Both the position numbers and the translations under genes were made by a program. This document shows positions 8,701-17,000 of a stretch of DNA of 64,000 bases, piece after piece. Position 1 is the first letter of the stretch. Every line of letters begins with the position of its first letter. The stretch comes from an uncultured delta proteobacterium. GTDB lineage: Bacteria > Myxococcota_A > Polyangia > Polyangiales > Houyiibacteriaceae. The stretch lies in NCBI GenBank assembly GCA_963699755.1, contig CAVOVB010000001.1, positions 224,001 to 288,000 on the forward strand, read 5' to 3'. The notes under the pieces are model-generated. The model saw only the letters and a list, made by a program, of their open reading frames with translations. It was not told where the DNA came from and did not search any database.

Positions 8701-11700
8701 CCCAGCTTGGCCGCTTGTTTGCGGAATTCCTCGATCAGGGGATGGAGATCTATCGCGGCGGGAGCCCTGCCGATTCCGGAGAACCGGTCGTGGTCACGGG
8801 AGCCAGCATCGGCCTACCGGGCGGCGCCAAGGTTTTCGCGGACAGCAACGTCGATCGAATGCTGCACGGACAGACCTTCATCGACGTGATCCCGGTCGGG
8901 CTCAGGCGCGCCATCGCGGACAAGAAGATCACCCGACTGGTCAAGTCCGATAAAGGAGGGCCGCGTTTCGAAACGATCGACTCGCCCTCCGACGTGATCA
9001 AGCTCGCGGGCCGAGGCGGCGACATTGCTCTGAGCAGCGACTTCGGCATTCCGGAGGAACGCGCCGCCGCAATGGACTCGACCACACGGATGGCGATCGC
9101 CGCAGGCGTCGAAGCCTTGCGAGATGCGGGAATCCCCCTGGTCATGCACTACAAGACCACGTCGAAGGGGACCAAACTTCCGGACCGCTGGGGCCTGCCC
9201 GTCTCCATGCAAGACGAGACCGGGGTGATCTTCGGCTCGGCATTCCCGGGCTCCGACATGCTCATCGGCGAGGTTCGCCGATACTTCGAGAGCAGGACAC
9301 AAGAGAAGCTTCTCGAAGAGCTACGAAGCCTCCGCATGCGCATGGCGGGCAATGGCAGCAACCCGTTGGCGGCCGAAATCGACCGCCGCATGGCAGAAAT
9401 CGAAAGCGATCTCCAGCGAGATCCGTACACGTTCGACCGTCGATTTCTCTTCAAGGCGCTGTCGATGGGGCACTCCCAGCTCGCCGAGTACATCGGTGCG
9501 CGAGGGCCCAACACCCAAATCAACTCCGCCTGCGCCAGCGGCACCCAAGCGGTTTCACTCGCCGAAGATTGGATTGCGCGCGGCCGTTGCAAGCGTGTGA
9601 TCATCGTCACCGCCGACAACGTCACCAGCGACAACATGATGGAATGGGTGGGCTCCGGTTTCCTCGCGAGCGGTGCGGCGGCTACCGACGAAGTTCTCGA
9701 AGAAGCCGCCCTGCCCTTCGATAGACGCCGCCACGGGCTCATTCTCGGGATGGGTGCCTCCGGCATGGTGATCGAGACCGCCGAGGCAGCGCGAGAACGA
9801 GGGCTGAGGCCCATCGCCGAGGTGCTCGGCACCGTCACCGCGAACAGCGCCTATCACGGTAGCCGCTTGAACATCGAGCACATCCAAAGCCTGATGGAGA
9901 AGCTCATCGCGGACTGCGAAGCGCGGCACGGCATCGATCGCGCCGAGATTGCGCCTCAGACCGTCTTCGTCTCGCACGAGACCTACACGCCTGCTCGTGG
10001 CGGTAGCGCCCAGGCGGAGATCAGCGCGCTTCGTACCGTATTCGGCGCCAACGCAGACCGCATCGTGATCGCGAATACCAAGGGCATGACGGGCCATGCG
10101 ATGGGCGCGGGCGTGGAAGACGCGACCGCGGTCAAGATCCTCGAGACGGGGATGATCCCGCCGGTTGCGAACTTCAAAGAGGTCGATCCGGAGCTTGGGA
10201 TGCTCAATCTTTCCAGGGGCGGGAGCTATCCCGTGCAGTATTCGCTTCGGCTGGGAGCCGGCTTTGGGTCTCAGATCAGCATGTCGCTTACCCGATGGGT
10301 CCCGAGCCCGGACGGACGCCGAGCCGCGCCGCGGGACTTGGGCTATGCAACGCGGATCGAGGACCGGGCTCGGTTCGAGCGTTGGCTCGCGGAAGCGAGT
10401 GGGTACGCTTCGCCCGAGCTGGAGGTTGTGGGTCGAACGCTGCGCGTGAAGGACCAGGGGCCTGCAGCGGGGACAGTCTCAGTGCCAGCGCCAGCACCAG
10501 TGCCAGCACCAGTGCCAGCGCCAGCACCAGTGCCAGCGTCAGTGCCAGCGCCAGTGGCAGCGCAAGCGACCGCGCAAGCGAGCGCGCTTGCGAGCGACCC
10601 AGTGACCGAGAAGGTCTTGGCGATCGTTTCGGCGCAGACCGGGTATCCTCCCGATATGTTGGACCTCGAGCTCGATCTCGAGGCGGATCTTGGAATCGAT
10701 ACGGTCAAGCAGGCGGAGACCTTTGCGGCCGTTCGCGAAGCCTATGACATCGAGCGCGACGACAAGCTCGAGCTGCGCGCGTTTCCGACGCTCCAGCATG
10801 TCGTTCAGTTCGTGCGGGACCGGCGGCCGGACCTCGTGACAGTGTCAGCTCCAGCGTCAGTGCCAGCGTCAGTGCCAGCGACCGCGCAAGCGAGCGCGCT
10901 TGCGAGCGACCCAGTGACCGAGAAGGTCTTGGCGATCGTTTCGGCGCAGACCGGGTATCCTCCCGATATGTTGGACCTCGAGCTCGATCTCGAGGCGGAT
11001 CTTGGCATCGATACGGTCAAGCAGGCGGAGACCTTTGCGGCCGTTCGCGAAGCCTATGACATCGAGCGCGAGGACAATCTCGAGCTGCGCGCGTTTCCGA
11101 CGCTCCAGCATGTCGTTCAGTTCGTGCGGGACCGGCGGCCGGACCTCGTGACAGTGTCAGCTCCAGCGTCAGTGCCAGCGTCAGTGCCAGCGTCAGCGAC
11201 AGCGACAGAACCCATCTCGGAGAAGGTGTTGGAGCTCGTCTCGGGGGTTACGGGCTACCCGCCGGATATGCTCGACCTCGACCTGGACCTCGAGGCCGAC
11301 CTCGGAATCGACACGGTGAAACAAGCGGAGACCTTCGCGGCGGTGCGTGAAGCGTACGGCATCCCGCGCGACAACAAGCTCGAGCTTCGGGACTTCCCGA
11401 CGCTCAACCACGTCATCGCCTGGGTGAAGAACTCCTTGCCAGAGGCCGATTCGGCCAGCGAGGCCGAGGCGAGCATCGCTTCGCCCTCAGCACCCGCGAC
11501 TCCTGAATCGACCGACGGACTTCGCCGCGTTCCGGTGCCTGTGCTCCGGCCGCCGCTATCCTTCTGCAAACCGACGGGCGTCAAGCTCGACGAAGGAGTG
11601 CGCGTCGTCGTCATGGTGGACCAGGGTGGCGTCGCAAAGGCCCTGATCAAGCAACTCAAGAAGCGCGGTGTTCAAGTCCTTGGCATCGATGGTGTTCCGT

Positions 11701-13994
11701 CCGCGGACGAGCTCATCGCGACGCTCGAAGGCTGGATGAACGAGGGTCCGATCCGCGGCGTGTACTGGCTAGCGGGTCTCGATCGAGAGGAGGCGATAGC
11801 GGACCTTTCTCCGGAGGCCTGGGCCACGGCGGTGCAGCTGCGGGCTAAGCTCTTGTTCGCCACGATGGGTTCGCTCTATGAGCAGGTCTCAGCGCCGGGC
11901 ACGTTCCTGGTCTCGGCGACGCGTCTCGGCGGCAAGCATGGCTTCGACCCGAACGGGGCGATCGCGCCACTAGGCGGCGCAGTCAGCGGCTTCACCAAGA
12001 CGTACAAACGCGAGAAGCCCGAAGCCACGGTGAAGGTCGTGGACTTCGGAGCCAAAGCCAAGGTCGCCGCAGTAGCCGAACGGCTCATCGCCGAAACGCT
12101 CTCGGATCCAGGGGTATGCGAGCTCGGCTACGTGGGGGAGGAGCGCTGGGCGATTACGGCATCGTTCGGAGCGCTGCCATCCGAACGTCCGCTACCGCTT
12201 GGAAAAGATACGGTCTTCGCGATTACGGGTGCCGCGGGCTCGATCGTCTCAGCGATCGTCGACGACCTGGCGAAGGCGTCGTCCGGAGGGACCTTCCACC
12301 TGCTCGACCTGACGCCGAAGCCCGATCCAAGCGACCCGGACCTCCAACGCTTCGCAAGCGATCGCGATGGTCTTCAGCGCGAGCTCTTCGAGCGCCTGAA
12401 GCAAGGCGGACAAAAGGCGACGCCCGTTGTCGTGCAACGATTGCTCGGTGAGCTCGAGCGGAAGCACGCCGCGCTTCAGGCAATCCAATCGGTTCGCGCG
12501 GCAGGCGGCGAAGTGCACTACCATTCGGTCAACCTGCTCGACAAAGACGCGGTGGCTTCAGCGGTCGACGCCATTCGCAAGCAGAGCGGCAGAATCGACG
12601 CCCTGGTGCATGCAGCCGGTCTCGAGATCAGCCACTACCTGCCCGACAAGAAGCCGGCTGAGTTCGATCTGGTCTTCGACGTGAAGGCAGGCGGCTGGTA
12701 TCACCTCTTGTCGTCGATTGGAGACATGCCGCTCGGCGCCGCGGTAGTCTTCAGCTCGATCGCGGGCCGATTCGGCAACGGCGGTCAAACCGACTACAGC
12801 GCCGCCAACGAGCTCCTGGCGAAGTCGGTCTCGAGCTTCCGCAACGCGCGGCCGGAGACCCGAGGCATCGCCATCGACTGGACAGCCTGGGCAGACATCG
12901 GGATGGCTTCCCGCGGTTCGATTCCAAAGATGATGGAGCTCGCCGGCATCGACATGCTCAAGCCCGCAGATGGCATCCCGGTCGTACGCGACGAGCTGGA
13001 AGCAGGGACTCGCGGGGAAGTCGTCATCGGCGGCGCGCTCGGCATCTTGATGCAGGACTGGGACGAGAGCGGCGGGCTCGACGCGAGCAAGCTAGAGGGC
13101 ATCCCCCAAGGGCCGATGGCCAGACGCCTTGTCTCGATGGGCGTGCACACGGGGCTCATCGTGGAGACCATGCTCGATCCAAGAGAGCAGCCTTTCCTCT
13201 ACGACCACAGGATCGGCGGCACAGCCGTGCTTCCGGGTGTCATGGGCATCGAAGGCTTTGGGGAGATTAGCAAAGCCTTGTTCCCGGACTGGCACATCAG
13301 GGCGATCGAAAACGTCGATTTTCTCGCGCCCTTCAAGTTCTATCGTGACGAACCGCGCGCGCTCACCTTGAGTGCCCAGTTCGGCACCGATGGTGACGAT
13401 CTCTTGGCTATCTGCAAGTTGATCGGCGCGAGGACGATCATGGGCAAAGAAGAGGTCAAAACGCACTTCACCGCGACGGTTCGGCTCGCACGCAAGCCGG
13501 TCGACACTGAGAAATCCGACGCGCCGGCCTCTGCGGCGGGAACGACGGTGAAGGACGAAGACATCTACCGAGTGTACTTCCACGGCCCGGCCTACCAGGT
13601 GCTCGACACGGCCTGGCGCGACGACGGAATGGTCGTGGGACGAATGAGCGACACGCTCCCTGGGGATCATCAACCAGCGGAGCTCGAGCTGCTCACTGAG
13701 CCTCGGCTCGTCGAGCTCTGCTTTCAAACCGCAGGGGTCTGGCAGATCGGCACGACGGGTCGAATGGGACTCCCACAACACATCGATCAGCTGACCATCG
13801 TGAGACCGGCGGACCAGGCTGAAGGGCGGCTGCATGCAGTCGTCAGACCCAAGGACGGCGGCAGGTCCTACGACGCACAGGTCACGGACGAAGCCGGCAA
13901 TCTCTACGTGGCACTCCGCGGCTACCGGACTGCCGAGCTTCCTGATGACGTGGACCCGGACAAGCGACAACCGCTGCGCGCCGCGATGGATTGA
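5748..13994 (+). CDS. Type I PKS/FAS, PfaA-like, domain order KS-AT-KS-ACP-ACP-ACP-KR-DH
   Basis: KS1 DAACAS/EGHGTST/NIGHLK; AT GQGSQ, GHSLG, HAFH; KS2 NSACASG/VSHETYT/GHAMG; three LEADLGIDTVKQAE ACPs; KR ITGAAGSI..FSSIAG..QTDYSAAN; DH HRIGGTAVLPG..FHGPAYQ. Confidence 0.95.
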   Translation: MRDKVHRAIAIVGVGAVLPDAQNADEFWNNVSTGRYSISETPVDRWDPSLYYDPDPKAPDKTYSKIGGWVRDFDWDPLKWRLPIPPKVADSMDRTQKWSIMSAREALLDYGYPERPLDGDRTAVILGNAMAGDQHYKTALRIFFPEFTRELDGAESFQALPQSVRAAIVEETMGRMREHFPSISEDTMPGELANIIAGRVAAVFNFHGPNFTADAACASAMAAFSAAISGLEEGDYDAVLTGAVDSNMSASSYTKFCKIGALSATGTRPYDQGADGFVMGEGAAVFLLKRLEDAEEAGDKIYAVVRGIGGSSDGKGKGITAPNPIGQKFAIERAWAHAGEDLATVSLIEGHGTSTRVGDVVEVQSMVDAFAGAGVPNSSIPIGSVKSNIGHLKGAAGAAGLLKAALALHHKQLPPSIGLRTPNPKIGFGQIPFYVNTELLPWDDYKEVRRVGVSAFGFGGTNFHAVLEEHVPGRIERKNRTSVAVPSGSALPLASGGVPMADKAPLRGSLVLGAGSTAELAIKLEAVLEEAKTGHAPDRKPPEASDLKAVERIAIDFGDAAELAKKATNALKGLRAGNAAIWKALRPQGIFHQTGPAPKTAFLYTGQGSQYVNMLRELREVEPIVADTFREADEVMKPLLGQPLSEIVFVDPSDQAALAEADEALRQTAITQPAVLATDLALTRLLAAYGVTPDMVMGHSLGEYGALVASGALGFREALEAVSARGREMTKVSVDDNGLMAAVLAPIDEVQAIVSSLDGYVVIANINSFGQSVIGGTTPGVTAAVEAISKAGYQAIPLPVSHAFHTKVVAPASEPLMKELARLGVESPKIPIVANVSGEFYPMGPNVAAEMIEILGQQIASPVQFVKGLETLYDAGARIFVEVGPKSALARFADDVLGSKSDTLSLFTNHPKIGDVPAFNAALTGLYASGHGAPRSERRAPELSNDGVPRRVAIPSAPPAPLRAPAAMRPARRAASVTAGGDRYAQLGRLFAEFLDQGMEIYRGGSPADSGEPVVVTGASIGLPGGAKVFADSNVDRMLHGQTFIDVIPVGLRRAIADKKITRLVKSDKGGPRFETIDSPSDVIKLAGRGGDIALSSDFGIPEERAAAMDSTTRMAIAAGVEALRDAGIPLVMHYKTTSKGTKLPDRWGLPVSMQDETGVIFGSAFPGSDMLIGEVRRYFESRTQEKLLEELRSLRMRMAGNGSNPLAAEIDRRMAEIESDLQRDPYTFDRRFLFKALSMGHSQLAEYIGARGPNTQINSACASGTQAVSLAEDWIARGRCKRVIIVTADNVTSDNMMEWVGSGFLASGAAATDEVLEEAALPFDRRRHGLILGMGASGMVIETAEAARERGLRPIAEVLGTVTANSAYHGSRLNIEHIQSLMEKLIADCEARHGIDRAEIAPQTVFVSHETYTPARGGSAQAEISALRTVFGANADRIVIANTKGMTGHAMGAGVEDATAVKILETGMIPPVANFKEVDPELGMLNLSRGGSYPVQYSLRLGAGFGSQISMSLTRWVPSPDGRRAAPRDLGYATRIEDRARFERWLAEASGYASPELEVVGRTLRVKDQGPAAGTVSVPAPAPVPAPVPAPAPVPASVPAPVAAQATAQASALASDPVTEKVLAIVSAQTGYPPDMLDLELDLEADLGIDTVKQAETFAAVREAYDIERDDKLELRAFPTLQHVVQFVRDRRPDLVTVSAPASVPASVPATAQASALASDPVTEKVLAIVSAQTGYPPDMLDLELDLEADLGIDTVKQAETFAAVREAYDIEREDNLELRAFPTLQHVVQFVRDRRPDLVTVSAPASVPASVPASATATEPISEKVLELVSGVTGYPPDMLDLDLDLEADLGIDTVKQAETFAAVREAYGIPRDNKLELRDFPTLNHVIAWVKNSLPEADSASEAEASIASPSAPATPESTDGLRRVPVPVLRPPLSFCKPTGVKLDEGVRVVVMVDQGGVAKALIKQLKKRGVQVLGIDGVPSADELIATLEGWMNEGPIRGVYWLAGLDREEAIADLSPEAWATAVQLRAKLLFATMGSLYEQVSAPGTFLVSATRLGGKHGFDPNGAIAPLGGAVSGFTKTYKREKPEATVKVVDFGAKAKVAAVAERLIAETLSDPGVCELGYVGEERWAITASFGALPSERPLPLGKDTVFAITGAAGSIVSAIVDDLAKASSGGTFHLLDLTPKPDPSDPDLQRFASDRDGLQRELFERLKQGGQKATPVVVQRLLGELERKHAALQAIQSVRAAGGEVHYHSVNLLDKDAVASAVDAIRKQSGRIDALVHAAGLEISHYLPDKKPAEFDLVFDVKAGGWYHLLSSIGDMPLGAAVVFSSIAGRFGNGGQTDYSAANELLAKSVSSFRNARPETRGIAIDWTAWADIGMASRGSIPKMMELAGIDMLKPADGIPVVRDELEAGTRGEVVIGGALGILMQDWDESGGLDASKLEGIPQGPMARRLVSMGVHTGLIVETMLDPREQPFLYDHRIGGTAVLPGVMGIEGFGEISKALFPDWHIRAIENVDFLAPFKFYRDEPRALTLSAQFGTDGDDLLAICKLIGARTIMGKEEVKTHFTATVRLARKPVDTEKSDAPASAAGTTVKDEDIYRVYFHGPAYQVLDTAWRDDGMVVGRMSDTLPGDHQPAELELLTEPRLVELCFQTAGVWQIGTTGRMGLPQHIDQLTIVRPADQAEGRLHAVVRPKDGGRSYDAQVTDEAGNLYVALRGYRTAELPDDVDPDKRQPLRAAMD
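10479..10563 (+). repeat. Low-complexity Pro/Ala/Val linker repeat (CCAGTG/CCAGCG/CCAGCA units) within the PKS
   Basis: Encodes SVPAPAPVPAPVPAPAPVPASVPAPVAA. Confidence 0.85.
10566..11189 (+). repeat. Near-identical 312-bp tandem duplication encoding ACP1 and ACP2
   Basis: Copies 10566-10877 and 10878-11189 differ at three bases by eye (GGA/GGC, GAC/GAG, AAG/AAT). Confidence 0.92.
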
Positions 13995-14000
13995 CGAACG

Positions 14001-17000
14001 ATGGGCAATTCGAGCTTCGAGCGAGTCGCCATCATCAACCGCGGGGAGCCCGCCATGCGGTTCATCATCGCCGCGCGGGAATATGAGCAGGAGCATGGCG
14101 AGCGGCTTCACACGATCGCCCTGTACACCGATCCCGACCGACGAGGAATGTTCGTGCGCGAAGCCGACGAGGCTTACTCGCTCGGCCCGGCGACCTACCT
14201 CGCAGATGGCGGCTACCACAAGTCGAGCTACCTCGACTATGCACGTCTCGAACGCGCCCTCATCGAAACACGGGCCGAGGCCGTATGGCCCGGCTGGGGC
14301 TTCGTTGCGGAGCACGCCGCGTTCGCGGACCTCTGTGAGCGCTTGGGAATCGTATTCATAGGACCGACCGGCGACATGATGCGCAAGCTCGGCGACAAGA
14401 TCACGTCCAAGCAAATCGCCGAGGGGGCCGAGGTGCCGGTGGCCCCCTGGAGTGGTGGCGAAGTCGCAACTCTGGACGATGCGCGTCTGCATGCCGGACG
14501 ACTCGGGTACCCCTTGATGATCAAGGCTACCGCGGGCGGCGGCGGCCGTGGGATTCGACGCGTGCAGAGCGAAAGCGAGCTGGCCGATGCCTTTCAGAGC
14601 GCTCGCTCCGAGGCGGAGAAGGCATTCGGGAACGGTGCCGTCTTTCTGGAACGTATGGTCACCGGAGCGCGACACGTCGAGGTCCAGGTCATTGCAGACG
14701 ACGAGGGCACGGCGTGGGCGTTGGGGGTGCGGGACTGCACCATTCAACGGCGCAATCAGAAGATCCTCGAAGAGACGCCATCCCCGGTCTTGACGCCCGA
14801 GCAACAGCTCGAGCTCGAGCAAGCAGCGGTCCGTCTCACGCAGGCCATCGGTTATCGCAACGCGGGAACGGTCGAGTTCCTCTATCACAAAGGGACGAAG
14901 CAGTTCTCTTTCATGGAAGTCAACGCGCGGCTCCAGGTCGAGCACCCCGTCTCTGAAATGGTGACCGGCGCCGATCTCGTGAAGCTTCAGATTCATGTCG
15001 CGCGTGGCGGCCGCCTCGACGCCCAGCCCCCGACGAAACGCGGGCACGCGATTGAGGCGAGACTCAACGCAGAAGACCCAGAAGACAACTTCGCTCCATC
15101 GCCAGGCCTGATCGAGCAACTGAGATTGGTCAGTGGCCCTGGCCTCCGGGTGGACACCGGCATCGCGGAGGGCGACCAGATTCCATCCGAGTTCGATTCG
15201 ATGATCGCCAAGATCATCGCCCACGGTCGCAACCGCGATGAAGCGATGGCTCGGCTCCGGCGCGCTCTCTTGGAGAGCGAGGTCGTGATCCGCGGGGGCA
15301 CCTCGAACAAAGGCTTCCTGCTCGGGTTGATCGACAACCCGGCTGTCGTGTGCAGTGAGGTCGATGTGGGCTGGGTCGATCGATTGGTCGCAGAGGGCAA
15401 GCACCTGCCGCGCGAAGGTGCTGAGATCGCACTGCTCCAGGCCGCCATCGAAACCTATGGAGCCGAGCTCGAGGTCGAGCGGGCGCAGTTCTACTCCTCT
15501 GCAGCTCGCGGACGCCCAAAAGTCGAAGACCGGCACGGCCATGCCATGGAGCTCACCTACGCGGGGAACACCTACGAGCTGACTGTTTATCGCCTCGGTG
15601 CGCGCCGCTACCGCATCGATGTCGACGGCCAGCGGGTCGAAGCGCTGGTCGATCGGTTCGAGGGCGCGGAACGAAGACTGCGCGTAGGCGAGCAGAATTT
15701 CCGCATCCAGTCGGTCGACCAGGGCCTGAGCGTGCGCGTGGAGGTCGACGGTGTGCCGCACCGCATTTCTCGCGACCGTGGCGGTCTGGTACGCGCCCCA
15801 TCGCCGGCTGTCGTCGTCAACGTCCTCGTTTCGGAGGGTCAGGACGTCAACGTGGGCGACGGTCTCGTCGTTCTCGAGGCCATGAAGATGGAGATGGTCA
15901 TCGGGGCGAAATTCGCGGGCAGGGTGCGCGAGGTCATGGTGACGAACAACGTGCAGCTGGCGGTCGGTGCGCCGATGCTGCTCATCGAACCGCGCGGGGG
16001 GGAACAAAGATCTGCGACCAGCGAGCGACTGGAATTCTCCGATCTCGTCGAATCGCGCGATTCGAACTGGTCGGCATCGCGCCACAACCTGAGGGAGCTT
16101 CGACGCTTGATCATGGGCTTCGATGCGGACCGTATCGAGCTGTCGCGCGAAATGGGAGGCGGAGAGACCCTCAGTGCTGACGCGGCGCCGGACGACCCGG
16201 AGCGCATCGCCTACGAGGACGAGACGCTGGAGATCTTCGTCGACCTGACCTCGCTGTTTCGGCGCCATTCACAGGATGAAGACGGGTCGGAGGATTTCGG
16301 CAAACATACCGCAGAGGAATACCTCTTCACGTTTCTCCGCGACCTGGTCGTTCACCGTGAGGAAGATCTACCGCAATCGTTCGTCACCAAGCTCCGCCGG
16401 GCCCTCGGCCACTACGGAATAACCGAGATTCGGCGGAACGCGGAGCTACAAGGCGTGCTTTTCCGTATTTGTAAAGGCAACAATCGCGTCGACGAGCAGA
16501 TCGCCCCCATCCTGAGCTTGCTGCAGAACCGCCTCGACCATGTGGGGCTACTTCGCGAGCGTGCTAGCGATGAGTTCCGTGCCATTGTCTCTCGTCTGAT
16601 CGTCGAAACGCAGGACCGATACCCAGCCGTTCATGATCTGGCGCGGGAGCTTCAGTATCACTACTTCGAGCGGCCGATTCAGGAAGAGGTGGCGAGCCGG
16701 GCGCTGAAACGGGCCGAGGAAATCCTTTCTGGCCTACCCATCGAGGCAGGGGCGGCCGACAAGGCCGCTCGCGTTGCCGAGCTCGTCGCGATTCCTCATC
16801 CCCTCAAGGGATTCATGTCTCGGAGGCTCGCTCAGGCGAGCCGCGATGAGCGCTGGCTGATGCTCGAAGCCCTCGCCCGCCGCTACTACAAGATGAGTGA
16901 GCTGCACGATTTCGAGCTCCAGTCCGAGGCGGGAATCGACGTCTCGAGCTGCTGGTACGAGTACGAGGGGCAGAGGATCCACTTTCTCGCGACGCACGTG

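Noticed and set aside
5748..13994. Calling the PKS a canonical pfaA PUFA synthase
   Set aside because: The extra internal KS, Thr-type ACPs and absence of pfaB/C/D in the window do not fit.
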